From Eledone cirrhosa (Eukaryota): 64,000 nucleotides of DNA. The stretch covers positions 126,232,001-126,296,000 of the forward strand of contig OZ024743.1 of assembly GCA_964016885.1 (NCBI GenBank). The letters are read 5' to 3'. The position numbers and the translations under genes are program-made. Below are positions 14,369-27,700 of the stretch, in pieces; positions within the stretch are counted from its first letter, which is position 1, and each line of letters starts with the position of its first letter. The notes below the pieces were generated by a model. The model was given only the letters and a program-made list of their open reading frames with translations, did not search any database and was not told the DNA's origin.

Positions 14369-14373
<5 letters not shown>
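13735..14373. mobile_element. Rearranged foldback Penelope-like element
   Basis: Direct repeat 13843-13930/14089-14183 and inverted arms ~14149-14200/14323-14373. Homologous to 45165-45740. Confidence 0.7.
14208..14318 (+). ncRNA. Type I hammerhead motif (core CUGACGU, A9 changed)
   Basis: gtact-CTGACGT-gttgatca...tgatcaat-GAAAC-aatt-GTC-agtac. Confidence 0.7.
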
Positions 14374-14410
<37 letters not shown>

Positions 14411-15066
14411 TATACATATATATATAAACTTTAAAAAATAACAAAGAGAGGACATTTCCGTATACACAAAGATATACAGTAATGGTATCTGTTACTTGAA
14501 GCTTGTTGGTTTTATACCCTTTCTACTCAGGCACTCCTCACACACATGTCTCTCCTTTGGTCACCTATGTTGTATCAAAGCTTCTAAACCTCACATTAAT
14601 CATCAGCCCTTTGGAACTCCTTCCTTGCTCATGTTATACCTACAGAAGTCGACTAGTAATGCTTTAAATAAAACATCACTGGTATCAATATTTCAGGTCT
14701 TGGCTATGGGCACTCCTCCTTCCTCCTGATATACTAAATGATAATAAAAAAATTACTATAAACTCATAAAATATTGAGTGTTGGAAGGCTGTAAATACAC
14801 TTCATTCATGGCCTTCTAACACATTTCTAATTTCTTTGAAGTAGAATATTGCTGAAATATCATCACATACCTCTCCTCTCTTTGCATCTAAACTTACCTT
14901 ATTTTACAAAATGAGGTATTTTTTCCAACACAGATTATCAATAGATACCTCAGATTCTGTTTTCTTTTTCATTTATCAAGCCACAATAGATTGCCTAGAC
15001 TATGAGATTAATTAACTCACTCTCAGGGGTCAGTTATAGGTGAGCCATAGCTTATAAGTGGGCCAA

Positions 15067-15540
15067 CTTTTCAAATGTTTATATGTAATACATGATATAA
15101 TATACATATGGGCCATTGAGGGTGTTCTATATGGGCCTCAGACCTTTTCAAATGTTTATATGCAAGATATGTTATAATATACCTATGGGCCATTGGGATG
15201 TTCTCTATGGACTACATACCTTTTAAAATGTTTATATGTAATACATGATATAATATACATATGGGCCATTTAGGGTGTTCTATATGGGCCTCAAACCTTT
15301 TCAAATGTTTATATGCAAGATATGTTATAATATACCTATGGGCCATTGGGATGTTCTCTATGAGCCACATACCTTTTAAAATGTTTATATGTAATACATG
15401 ATATAATATACATGTGGGCACCAGACCTTTTCAAATCTTTATATGTAAGATTAGATATAATATATATGTGGGCCATTGAGAGGTTTTCTATGGGCCTTTG
15501 ATCTTTTCAAATGTTTATATGCAAAAATTAATATAATATG
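15067..15540. repeat. Tandem repeat of ~76-bp monomers alternating as ~152-bp dimers
   Basis: aaatgtttatatg(t/c)aa..ataatata..atgggccatt recurs near 15072, 15148, 15225, 15301, 15377, 15430 and 15507. Confidence 0.85.
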
Positions 15541-15756
15541 CATGTGTGTCATAGACAAAATTTAAAAAAATCAAAAGTGGGTCATTACAAAAAGCAATTC
15601 CATATCTTTGGGCTAAGAACTATGATATTGTGCTTATTATAAATTAAAAACATATTTTTCAATTCAGATTTGGTCCTGACCACCAACCCAACCCAATATC
15701 TCAAATAGAAACAAGAATCAAGGTAATGATAGATTGAAATGTAAAGTAGAATTTAC

Positions 15757-15817
15757 CTCCATAAACGTTGGATAAATGTTGAGTTCAACATCAATATTAT
15801 CAATATAAGTGAACAAT
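15757..15817 (-). CDS. PARP8: PARP6/PARP8-like exon 4 in window: (R)LFTYIDNIDVELNIYPTFME
   Basis: ttttttctag acceptor, gtaaat donor, 61 nt, phase 2 to 0. Resembles recalled PARP6/8 REYG(T/A)IDDVDIDLHI. Confidence 0.88.
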
Positions 15818-16064
15818 CTAGAAAAAAAGAAAAGAAAATGCAGAAAAAGAACAAAATAAATACTTCGTAATTCTTGATTTATATAATATCCCAAAGAATC
15901 CCCTATAAAACATTTATACTCTTGTATATGTTACACATTTATCCACTAAAATATGATGGGTAAAACCAGCATGTGACTTATCTGCTGGACCTACAAAACA
16001 TTGATTCAAAATATATGGTACATTATATATGTACCATATATTTATATATATATATATATATATG

Positions 16065-16390
16065 GCTCTGAACATTAATCAGTATACTCTGAGGATGAAG
16101 AGCTCAGAGCTGTATTGGGAGCCTCCCAAAAGTCAGCTCGAAAGTAGCACAGAAGAGACTGAGGTTAGCTGGACATGCTCACCGACATCCAGAGTTGACA
16201 CTACACTCAATGCCCCCGTGGGAGCCCCTGCATGGATAAACTAGAAGAGGGAGACCGAGGTTTACATATGTTGATGCCCTAAGGACAGACACCAGTCTCT
16301 TGGAGACGCAGGACATGGCAGCAATGATGAGGGACAGAGACCGTTGCAGAGAACTCATCCATGGATCTCGGGAATTTTACCCGCCCTAGA
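16065..16390 (+). mobile_element. RTE-like LINE 3' end
   Basis: One frame reads RLRLAGHAHRHPE..WEPLHG*TRRGRPRFTYVDALRTD; inserted in (TA)n. Confidence 0.75.
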
Positions 16391-16589
16391 TAGATATATA
16401 TAAATATATACAGGGCCTTTGAGAGGGAAGTCCAGCTGGTACTTTGTCCTGGGGCCCAATAGCTAAGAAAGCCCCACAGCAAATGTGCAACATCCATTTT
16501 GAGAAAAATCTTTGTCTGCTTCGGTCCCCAAAGGGATCTTCTACTCGCCTTGCAAAATTTCTCTTTGTGGCTGTGTATATGTGTGTGCA

Positions 16590-16735
16590 TGTATGTTTGT
16601 TTTACAGATATTTTCATGAAAAAAGTGTGACTTATACACAAGTGTATATGGTGTCATGATGATGATGGCGACACCATATATACTTGTGCATAAGTCACAC
16701 ATTTTCCCAGAAAAATATGTGTAAAATCAACATGC
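16590..16735. repeat. Imperfect inverted repeat (~65-bp arms)
   Basis: gtgtgacttatacacaagtgtatatggtgtc / gacaccatatatacttgtgcataagtcacac around a (gat)n loop. Confidence 0.8.
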
Positions 16736-18444
16736 AACAATTGCAGCTACAAAACCTGAATTCAAAGTATATTTAATATATATTGTAAATGTTGTATGTA
16801 AAATGGTGGTGTGATGTATCTACTGGTGCAACTTATACTTCAATATATATATATGGTATATTTACAAGATTCAGTAAATATTTTAATAACTTTAATGATA
16901 TAAAAATATAAACAACTAAAATAAAACAAATATTTTCTTACTATTTATATTTTGAAATATTTTATTTCATTTTCTTTATTTAGTTATTTATTTGTATTAC
17001 TTTTTCTGTGAGATATATTTATTTAACAAAATAAGCTGCCAATTAATTTTTAAAAAATAATCCAGAGTTCCTATTCTTTGAAATTCGTGTTTGTTTGATT
17101 AAGAGAAGACAATATCACATTGGATGTTGACCTGAATATACATTATCCAATAATGTGCTAATAATAATGTTTCCACTTCTGGTTCTAAAAATTCATGTTA
17201 ACATATCTGGTTCGATATATTGAAAAAGAAAATTTATCATCTGGTCGAGTTTGTTTGGGTTTGTTGAACTCAATCATGTTTAGTTTCTGAAGAGCAGGTC
17301 CAGATAAAGTAAATATAGCAAATTTGGCCAAGATCCCTTTTTTCATTTAATTTTTAACAATTTTTTGAAAAATGTAAAAATTAACCTGTAATCCCAACGT
17401 GGAGCAGTAAAATATAAAAAGCAGCACTGACACTCAATGAGTTTAAAAGCAAATGTGTTTTCAATTTTTATGAGCACTTATAGTTTAATTTTTTATCAAA
17501 GGATTTGCAAGCATTATATAGCTTAGGGTTTTGCCGAGTCTAAATCTGGCACTGGAAAAATGTAAATTCTAACATTTTGAATTTAGTGCTGCTTTGGAGA
17601 AACAATATATTTTATGCTGCTGGGAGGCATGCATTTTTTTCCTTCTGGTTTAGCCTTTCTTCAGACAAAATTTTTTCCTTGTCTTCTCATGGCATACAAA
17701 TATCTTAAAATTTACAAATTCTGTTAATTAATTTTTGCCAAGATAACTGCTACTAGCTTCTCTGGACTGTAGCTTTTATTTGTAAATTTTAAATAGGTTT
17801 TACTCCTACTTCATGTTTGAGCTGTTAATTGTTTAAAAACTATATGATGCTAAAAGTAAATCAAGCAAAAGATTAGAGAAAGCATAGAGAGGTCTATTTA
17901 GATTGTAGTGGATGAGCAACCACAGGAGCCATAATGGAGTAGACCAGTACCTCCCCCATAATAACAGTATTGAGTAGAAAAGACTCTCTGAACCTATTGA
18001 GTATCTGACAACCTCTCTAGTGTTGGTGCCATGATCAAATATATACTGAACACTGTAAAGTGGTTGGCATTCAGAAAGGAATCCAACTGTAAAAACCTTA
18101 TAAAACATGGAATGTATGAGCAAGATGATCTCCCATTCAACATATGCCAACATGAAAAGTGAATGTAAAAGGATGATGATGCTCTAACAAAAGGGTAAAC
18201 CCATCTATGTCAGAATGGCTAGAAAAGAATATACAAATAATATTAAACTACTCTGGGTTCAAATATCAGAATGAGCTATTTGTGTGGTAAACTTGGTCCA
18301 TTGACTACTTTAACATCGTCAACTGGCTCTACTGTATCTTTAGTGGAATCCACTCTGTTGCAAGTATTTAAGCCAGGTTTCCTATTTAGGACTACCTCCT
18401 CTTCAGAATATCTCACAGAAAGATTAATACAAATGAATAATTAA

Positions 18445-18600
18445 CCCTTTAGCATTTACATTACTCTATATTTACTATTGTATTTCCATGGTAAAGGCTT
18501 TACCTCGCATAATTATCTCACATAATATAGAATTTATGAGATTTTGATATTATTTATTTTAAAACAATACCTTAGCATCAGTATGAGAGGCCAGTTAAAC
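18445..18600 (+). mobile_element. piggyBac-like MITE, partial
   Basis: ttaa-ccctttagcattta start; homologous to 37516 and 49790. Confidence 0.65.
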
Positions 18601-18772
18601 AAAATGAAATAAAATATTTCAAAATGTAAATAGTAAGAAAATAATATTTGTTTGATTTTCGATGTTTCTATTTCTAAATCATTAAAGGCAACTAAAGAAT
18701 TGATGTCAAGTAGGGCATTTGGCTGTAAAAAAATGCTTCCAAATAACCCTATCATGGGCATGATGTTTGCCT

Positions 18773-19045
18773 TGGGCCCACAAGGCTAATGACTATGGCC
18801 TTAGTAGAAAGATAGTCTTAAAACACTTGTTGTATGGTGTGTTCCTCCTTCTCATCCTACCATTCTTGGAGGCTATGAAGAGGGGGGTGATGGTCAACAC
18901 CCTTCCTTCCAATGGGGCTCACAAGGCTAATGGCTCTGGCTTTAGTAGAAAGATAGTCTTAAAACACTTGTATGGTGTTTTCCTCCTTCTCATCCTACCA
19001 GTCTTGGAGGCCATGAAGAGGGTGATGGTCAACACACTTCCTTCC
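18773..19045. repeat. ~140-bp tandem duplication
   Basis: cacaaggctaatg..agtagaaagatagtcttaaaacacttg..gtgatggtcaacac occurs twice. Confidence 0.85.
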
Positions 19046-19104
19046 CTGACTAAACAGTAAAAAACAAACATTTCAAGTAAATCAATTGAAGCAACTATAC
19101 TCAC

Positions 19105-19202
19105 CTGTATGTTATGGATTCTTCACCAAATAAATTCTTTATTTGCTCCATGTCCTTGTCAAGTGCTGGATTTACTTGCACTTCTTCAAGCATTTCAAGA
19201 TC
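19105..19202 (-). CDS. PARP8: PARP6/PARP8-like exon 3: DLEMLEEVQVNPALDKDMEQIKNLFGEESITY(R)
   Basis: ttgttag acceptor, gtgagt donor, 98 nt, phase 0 to 2. Resembles recalled PARP6 HPQLDADIEAVKEIYSENSVSIR. Confidence 0.9.
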
Positions 19203-19297
19203 CTAACAATAAGTAAAACATGCTTAAGACAATGATGATGATAATGCTAATGATGATGATGACCATGGCAATGGTGATAATGCTGATAGTGATGGTA

Positions 19298-19334
<37 letters not shown>

Positions 19335-19633
19335 GAGTGATAGTGAAGCCTAGATGGATCATAAATTATAAATCCTGGCCAACATTATCAAGCAAGAATC
19401 TATCACAGCTCAAAAAATAAAGTGGAAACAATTTGAAAGAAAAAAAAAAACAAAAAAGAAACGAACAATAAAAATAAAATGAAGATAAGAATAAAACCCT
19501 AATGCTATGCAATTAAGGGGTCTCATAAACATTAGATATTCCCCTTGATTCAGTAACAGCAGCAGCAGCAGTTGATTAATTAATCAGCACTAATAGTTGA
19601 GTCTCTATCTAGTACAGGGAAATATATTTTGTG

Positions 19634-20250
19634 AACCACCACCATTATCACCATTACCATCATCATCATCATAGTCATTGCCATTATCATTATCACCATC
19701 ATCATCATCATCATCATCATCATCATTATTATTCTCATCCATCTCCTCATCATCATCTTCATTATCCTCCTCCTCCTCATCATCATCATCATCATTGTCG
19801 TCAAGTGCATCATTGTCATCACCACCATCACCATCATCATTGTCGTCAAGTGCATCATTGTCATCACCACCATCATCATCATCATCATTGTCGTCAAGTG
19901 CATCATTGTCATCACCACCATCACCATCATCATTGTCGTCAAGTGCATCATTGTCATCACCACCATCATCATCATCATCATTGTCGTCAAGTGCATCATT
20001 GTCATCACCACCATCATCATCATCATTGTCGTCAAGTGCATCATTGTCATCACCATCATCATCATCATCATCATTGTCGTCAAGTGCATCATTGTCATCA
20101 CCATCATCATCATCATCATCATTGTCGTCAAGTGCATCATTGTCATCACCACCATCATCATCATCATCATTGTCGTCAAGTGCATCATTGTCATCACCAC
20201 CATCATCATCATTGTCATCACTGTGAACATCATCATCATTGTCATCACGA
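19634..20250. repeat. (ATC)n-derived compound minisatellite
   Basis: About 9 units of tcattgtcgtcaagtgcatcattgtcatcacca(cca)(tca)n, 45-51 bp each. Confidence 0.92.
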
Positions 20251-21204
20251 TGGTAATGATGATGATGGTGATGATGTTGACAGTGATGACGATGATGATG
20301 CAGACAACAACAATGATATTCAACAAGGTGCATTGCTGTATGGGTTCCAGCTTTTTGCATACTGCAAACCTGCCAAACCCTAAAGACCCAAACAGGGAAT
20401 ACCATGAAAAAAAGTGCCCCAAAACAGGTTAGAAATGAGGCAAAATGGGGAGATTTTACATAACTGTTTCTACTTTTGGCACAAGGCCAGCAATTACCCA
20501 GTGCATTACTGGTACTTTATTTTATCGACCCCGTAATGATAATGAAAGCTATACCCATTTTCATAAGAGAAGATCTCTCTCACCCACCCCAAAGTGGGTG
20601 GGAGATCTCCCCGTCAGACAGGGAAAGTTGACAGGTCTGATACTGAGTTCAAAATGCCACTGTAATCTATTTTGACTTAATCTGTCACCTGGTTTATCAC
20701 CTGGGTACTTTTAGTGGAATCAACTCACTTTTAAGTATCCAGGCCAGGTCTTTGGTTTAAGGATATATTTCTCCCTCCTACCTCTCAGTCTCAGTGGACC
20801 AGAAGAGAGTCATAGGTACTGTCTGACTAAACAATAAAAGGAGATTTGGTTGTTTTTTTAGTAGGTCAAGTAACCACATAAAAGCTCCTTAACTGGTTCA
20901 CACTCCCTTATTCCTCCTGGTATTGTTGTTGTTGTTAGTGGTGGTGGTAGTGATGGTGGTAGTGGTGGTGGTGGTGATGGCAGTCATTTTGATGGTGGTG
21001 GTAGTGATTGTACTTGTGGTGATGGTGGTGATTCACAACTATAATGCTAACACAGTTCCAACGACAATGGTGGTGAAAATGATAATGATGATGATGATAG
21101 AAATGATGATGATAGAAATAATGATGATGATGATGATGGGGAAATATAAAAGAAAAGAGCAGTAGGTAACATTATTGTTGGTAGTTATTCAGCTGACCTT
21201 CTCC

Positions 21205-21550
21205 GTAAAATCGGATTGATAGCAGCTCATCTGAGGAAGGCACCCTGCAAGGTGGGGTGGTTGTTGCAGCGTGTGTCACTAGCCATTGTCTGCAGAAATA
21301 CCTTTGCCATTTTTTCCGTTGGTAGTCCTTGTTCTTTCCCTCTTTTTCCTCTCATTTATGGCATTTATAGTTCTTTCCAATACTGCTTTCTTTTTCTCTA
21401 TATTTATGATGTAACTCTCCTTCCATACATTTCACTCATCTCAAGAGAACATTCTCACACACTACCATTTTTGCTACATGTTTGCAGTAACTTAAACATG
21501 TATATATGTGTTCTAACCTGTGTGATCCAGAAGAAATTTGAAGTAACAGA
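21205..21550 (+). mobile_element. Possible CRE/RLE-type retrotransposon 3' end
   Basis: WLLQRVSLAIVCRN resembles the QRISLAIxRGN C-terminal motif, followed by a pyrimidine-rich UTR. Confidence 0.45.
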
Positions 21551-21766
21551 TTGAAATTTACACCATTTTAAAAACAACCACATATAACATATAACATATG
21601 TAACATATATTCTGTCAAAACTGAAGTAAGAAACAATTTTATTAAACCCTCTGAGAGATAAAGAGCAAGATAATCCTCAGATCGATTTGAACTCAAGCCA
21701 CCTGAGATACTAAACCAGAGTCTAATATATAATCTGGCTGTCTGAGGTCCTTTGATGAGCATCAAA

Positions 21767-24700
21767 TCATCATCATCATCATCACCAACACCACTACCAC
21801 CAGCAATACCATTACCACCACCAACACCACTACCATTACCACCACCAACACCACTACCATCACCAACACCAATACCACTACCACCAGCAACACCAACACC
21901 ACTACCACCAGCAACACCAACACCAACACCACTACCACCAGCAACACCAACACCACTACCATCACCAACACCACTACCATCACCAACACCAACACCAACA
22001 CCATTACCATTACCAACACCAACACCACTACCACCAGCAACACCACTACCACCAACACCACTACCACCAGCAACACCAACACCACTATCATCACCAACAC
22101 CACTACCATCACCATCACCAACACCAACACCACTACCATCACCAACACCACTACCATCACCAACACCAACACCACTACCATCACCAACACCACTTCCATC
22201 ACCATCACCAACACCAACACCACTACCATCACCAACACCAACACCACTACCATCACCAACACCAACACCACTACCATCACCAACACCAACACCACTACCA
22301 TCACCAACACCAACACCACTACCACCAGCAACACCAACACCACTACCACCAGCAACACCAACACCACTACCATCACCAACACCACTACCATCACCATCAC
22401 CAACACCAACACCACTACCATCACCAACACCAACACCACTACCACCAGCAACACCAACACCACTACCATCACCAACACCAACACCACTACCACCAGCAAC
22501 ACCAACGCCACTACCACCAGCAACACCAACACCACTACCATCACCAACACCAACACCACTACCATCACCAACACCAACACCACTACCATCACCAACACCA
22601 ACACCACTACCACCAGCAACACCAACACCACTACCACCAGCAACACCAACACCACTACCATCACCAACACCACTACCATCACCATCACCAACACCAACAC
22701 CACTACCATCACCAACACCAACACCACTACCACCAGCAACACCAACACCACTACCATCACCAACACCAACACCACTACCACCAGCAACACCAACACCACT
22801 ACCATCACCATCACCAACACCAACACCACTACCACCAGCAACACCAACACCACTACCATCACCAACACCAACACCACTACCATCACCAACACCAACACCA
22901 CTACCATCACCAACACCAACACCACTACCACCAGCAACACCAACACCACTACCACCAGCAACACCAACACCACTACCATCACCAACACCACTACCATCAC
23001 CATCACCAACACCAACACCACTACCATCACCAACACCAACACCACTACCACCAGCAACACCAACACCACTACCATCACCAACACCAACACCACTACCACC
23101 AGCAACACCAACACCACTACCACCAGCAACACCAACACCACTACCATCACCATCACCAACACCAACACCACTACCATCACCAACACCAACACCACTACCA
23201 CCAGCAACACCAACACCACTACCATCACCAACACCAACACCACTACCACCAGCAACACCAACACCACTACCATCACCAACACCACTACCATCACCGACAC
23301 CAACACCACTACCATCACCAACACCAACACCACTACCATCACCAACACCAACACCACTACCACCAGCAACACCAACACCACTACCATCACCAACACCAAC
23401 ACCACTACCATCAACAAGACCAACACCACTACCACCAGCAACACCAACACCACTACCATCACCAACACCAACACCACTACCACCAGCAACACCAACACCA
23501 ACACCACTACCATCACCAACACCAACACCACTACCATCACCAACACCACTACCATCACCAACACCAACACCACTACCATCACCAACATCAACACCACTAC
23601 CATCACCAACACCAACACAACTACCATCACCAACACCAACACCACTACCACCAGCAACACCAACACCAACACCACTACCACCAGCAACACCAACACCACT
23701 ACCATCACCAACACCAACACCACTACCATTACCAACACCACTACCATCACCAACACCAACACCAACACCATTACCATTACCAACACCAACACCACTACCA
23801 CCAGCAACACCACTACCACCAACACCACTACCACCAGCAACACCAACACCACTATCATCACCAACACCACTACCATCACCATCACCAACACCAACACCAC
23901 TACCATCACCAACACCACTACCATCACCAACACCAACACCACTACCATCACCAACACCAACACCACTACCATCACCAACACCAACACCACTACCATCACC
24001 AACACCAACACCACTACCACCAGCAACACCAACACCACTACCACCAGCAACACCAACACCACTACCATCACCAACACCACTACCATCACCATCACCAACA
24101 CCAACACCACTACCATCACCAACACCAACACCACTACCACCAGCAACACCAACACCACTACCATCACCAACACCAACACCACTACCACCAGCAACACCAA
24201 CGCCACTACCACCAGCAACACCAACACCACTACCATCACCAACACCAACAGCACTACCATCACCAACACCAACACCACTACCATCACCAACACCAACACC
24301 ACTACCACCAGCAACACCAACACCACTACCACCAGCAACACCAACACCACTACCATCACCAACACCACTACCATCACCATCACCAACACCAACACCACTA
24401 CCATCACCAACACCAACACCACAACCACCAGCAACACCAACACCACTACCATCACCAACACCAACACCACTACCACCAGCAACACCAACACCACTACCAC
24501 TACCATCACCAACACCAACACCACTACCATCACCAACACCAACACCACTACCATCACCAACACCAACACCACTACCATCACCAACACCAACACCACTACC
24601 ACCAGCAACACCAACACCACTACCACCAGCAACACCAACACCACTACCATCACCAACACCACTACCATCACCATCACCAACACCAACACCACTACCATCA

Positions 24701-27700
24701 CCAACACCAACACCACTACCACCAGCAACACCAACACCACTACCATCACCAACACCAACACCACTACCACCAGCAACACCAACACCACTACCACCAGCAA
24801 CACCAACACCACTACCATCACCATCACCAACACCAACACCACTACCATCACCAACACCAACACCACTACCACCAGCAACACCAACACCACTACCATCACC
24901 AACACCAACACCACTACCACCAGCAACACCAACACCACTACCACCAGCAACACCAACACCACTACCATCACCAACACCAACACCACTACCATCACCAACA
25001 CCAACACCACTACCATCACCAACACCAACACCACTACCAACACCACTACCACTACCATCACCAACACCAACACCACTACCACCAGCAACACCAACACCAC
25101 TACCACCAGCAACACCAACACCACTACCATCACCAACACCAACACCACTACCATCACCAACACCAACACCACTACCATCACCAACACCAACACCACTACC
25201 ATCACCAACACCAACACCACTACCACCAGCAACACCAACACCACTACCACCAGCAACACCAACACCACTATCATCACCAACACCAACACCACTACCATCA
25301 CCAACACCAACACCACTACCATCACCAACACCACTACCATCACCAACACCAACACCACTACCATCACCAACACCAACACCACTACCATCACCAACACCAA
25401 CACCACTACCAACACCACTACCACTACCATCACCAACACCAACACCACTACCACCAGCAACACCAACACCACTACCATCACCAACACCAACACCACTACC
25501 ATCACCAACACCAACACCACTACCATCACCAACACCAACACCACTACCATCACCAACACCAACACCACTACCACCAGCAACACCAACACCACTACCACCA
25601 GCAACACCAACACCACTACCATCACCAACACCAACACCACTACCATCACCAACACCAACACCACTACCATCACCAACACCAACACCACTACCATCACCAA
25701 CACCAACACCACTACCATCACCAACACCAACACCACTACCATCACCCACACCAACACCACTACCACCAGCAGCACCAACACCACTACCATCACCAACACC
25801 AACACCACTACCATCACCAACACCAACACCACTACCATCACCAACACCACTACCACCAGCAACACCAACACCACTACCATCACCAACACCAACACCACTA
25901 CCATCACCAACACCAACACCACTACCATCACCAACACCAACACCACTACCATCACCAACACCAACACCATTACCAACACCAACACCACTACCATCACCAA
26001 CACCAACACCACTACCATCACCAACACCAACACCACTACCATCACCAACACCAACACCACTACCATCACCAACACCAACACCACTACCATCACCAACACC
26101 ACTACCATCACCAACACCAACACCACTACCATCACCAACACCAACACCACTACCATCACCAACACCAACACCACTACCATCACCAACACCACTACCATCA
26201 CCAACACCAACACCACTACCATCACCAACACCAACACCAACACCACTACCATCACCAACACCAACACCATTACCAACACCAACACCACTACCACTACCAT
26301 CACCAACACCAACACCACTACCATCACCAACACCAACACCACTACCATCACCAACACCAACACCACTACCATCACCAACACCAACACCACTACCATCACC
26401 AACACCAACACCACTACCATCACCAACACCAACACCATTACCAACACCAACACCACTACCATCACCAACACCAACACCAACACCATCACCAACACCAACA
26501 CCACTACCATCACCAACACCAACACCACTACCATCACCAACACCAACACCACTACCATCACCAACACCACTACCATCACCAACACCAACACCACTACCAT
26601 CACCAACACCAACACCACTACCACCACCAACACCAACACCACTACCATCACCAACACCAACACCACTACCATCACCAACACCAACACCACTACCATCACC
26701 AACACCAACACCACTACCATCACCAACACCAACACCACTACCATCACCAACACCAACACCACTACCACCAGCAACACCAACACCACTACCATCACCAACA
26801 CCAACACCACTACCATCACCAACACCACTACCATCACCAACACCAACACCACTACCATCACCAACACCAACACCACTACCATCACCAACACCAACACCAC
26901 TACCACCAGCAACACCAACACCACTACCATCACCAACACCAACACCACTACCATCAACAAGACCAACACCACTACCACCAGCAACACCAACACCACTACC
27001 ATCACCAACACCAACACCACTACCACCAGCAACACCAACACCAACACCACTACCATCACCAACACCAACACCACTACCATCACCAACACCACTACCATCA
27101 CCAACACCAACACCACTACCATCACCAACATCAACACCACTACCATCACCAACACCAACACAACTACCATCACCAACACCAACACCACTACCACCAGCAA
27201 CACCAACACCAACACCACTACCACCAGCAACACCAACACCACTACCATCACCAACACCAACACCACTACCATTACCAACACCACTACCATCACCAACACC
27301 AACACCAACACCATTACCATTACCAACACCAACACCACTACCACCAGCAACACCACTACCACCAACACCACTACCACCAGCAACACCAACACCACTATCA
27401 TCACCAACACCACTACCATCACCATCACCAACACCAACACCACTACCATCACCAACACCACTACCATCACCAACACCAACACCACTACCATCACCAACAC
27501 CAACACCACTACCATCACCAACACCAACACCACTACCATCACCAACACCAACACCACTACCACCAGCAACACCAACACCACTACCACCAGCAACACCAAC
27601 ACCACTACCATCACCAACACCACTACCATCACCATCACCAACACCAACACCACTACCATCACCAACACCAACACCACTACCACCAGCAACACCAACACCA

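Noticed and set aside
14640-14726. Possible next PARP exon (IAKT*NIDTSD)
   Set aside because: In-frame stop, poor similarity, and it overlaps a locally duplicated segment.
15067-15540. CRISPR-like array
   Set aside because: Plain tandem repeat without unique spacers, in a eukaryotic intron with no cas genes.
16410-17552. Possible hAT element (cagggcc...ggcactg)
   Set aside because: Ends too degenerate and no TSD recognised.
19580-20432. His-, Asp-, Ser- and Met-rich ORFs
   Set aside because: All are readings of an ATC-derived minisatellite.
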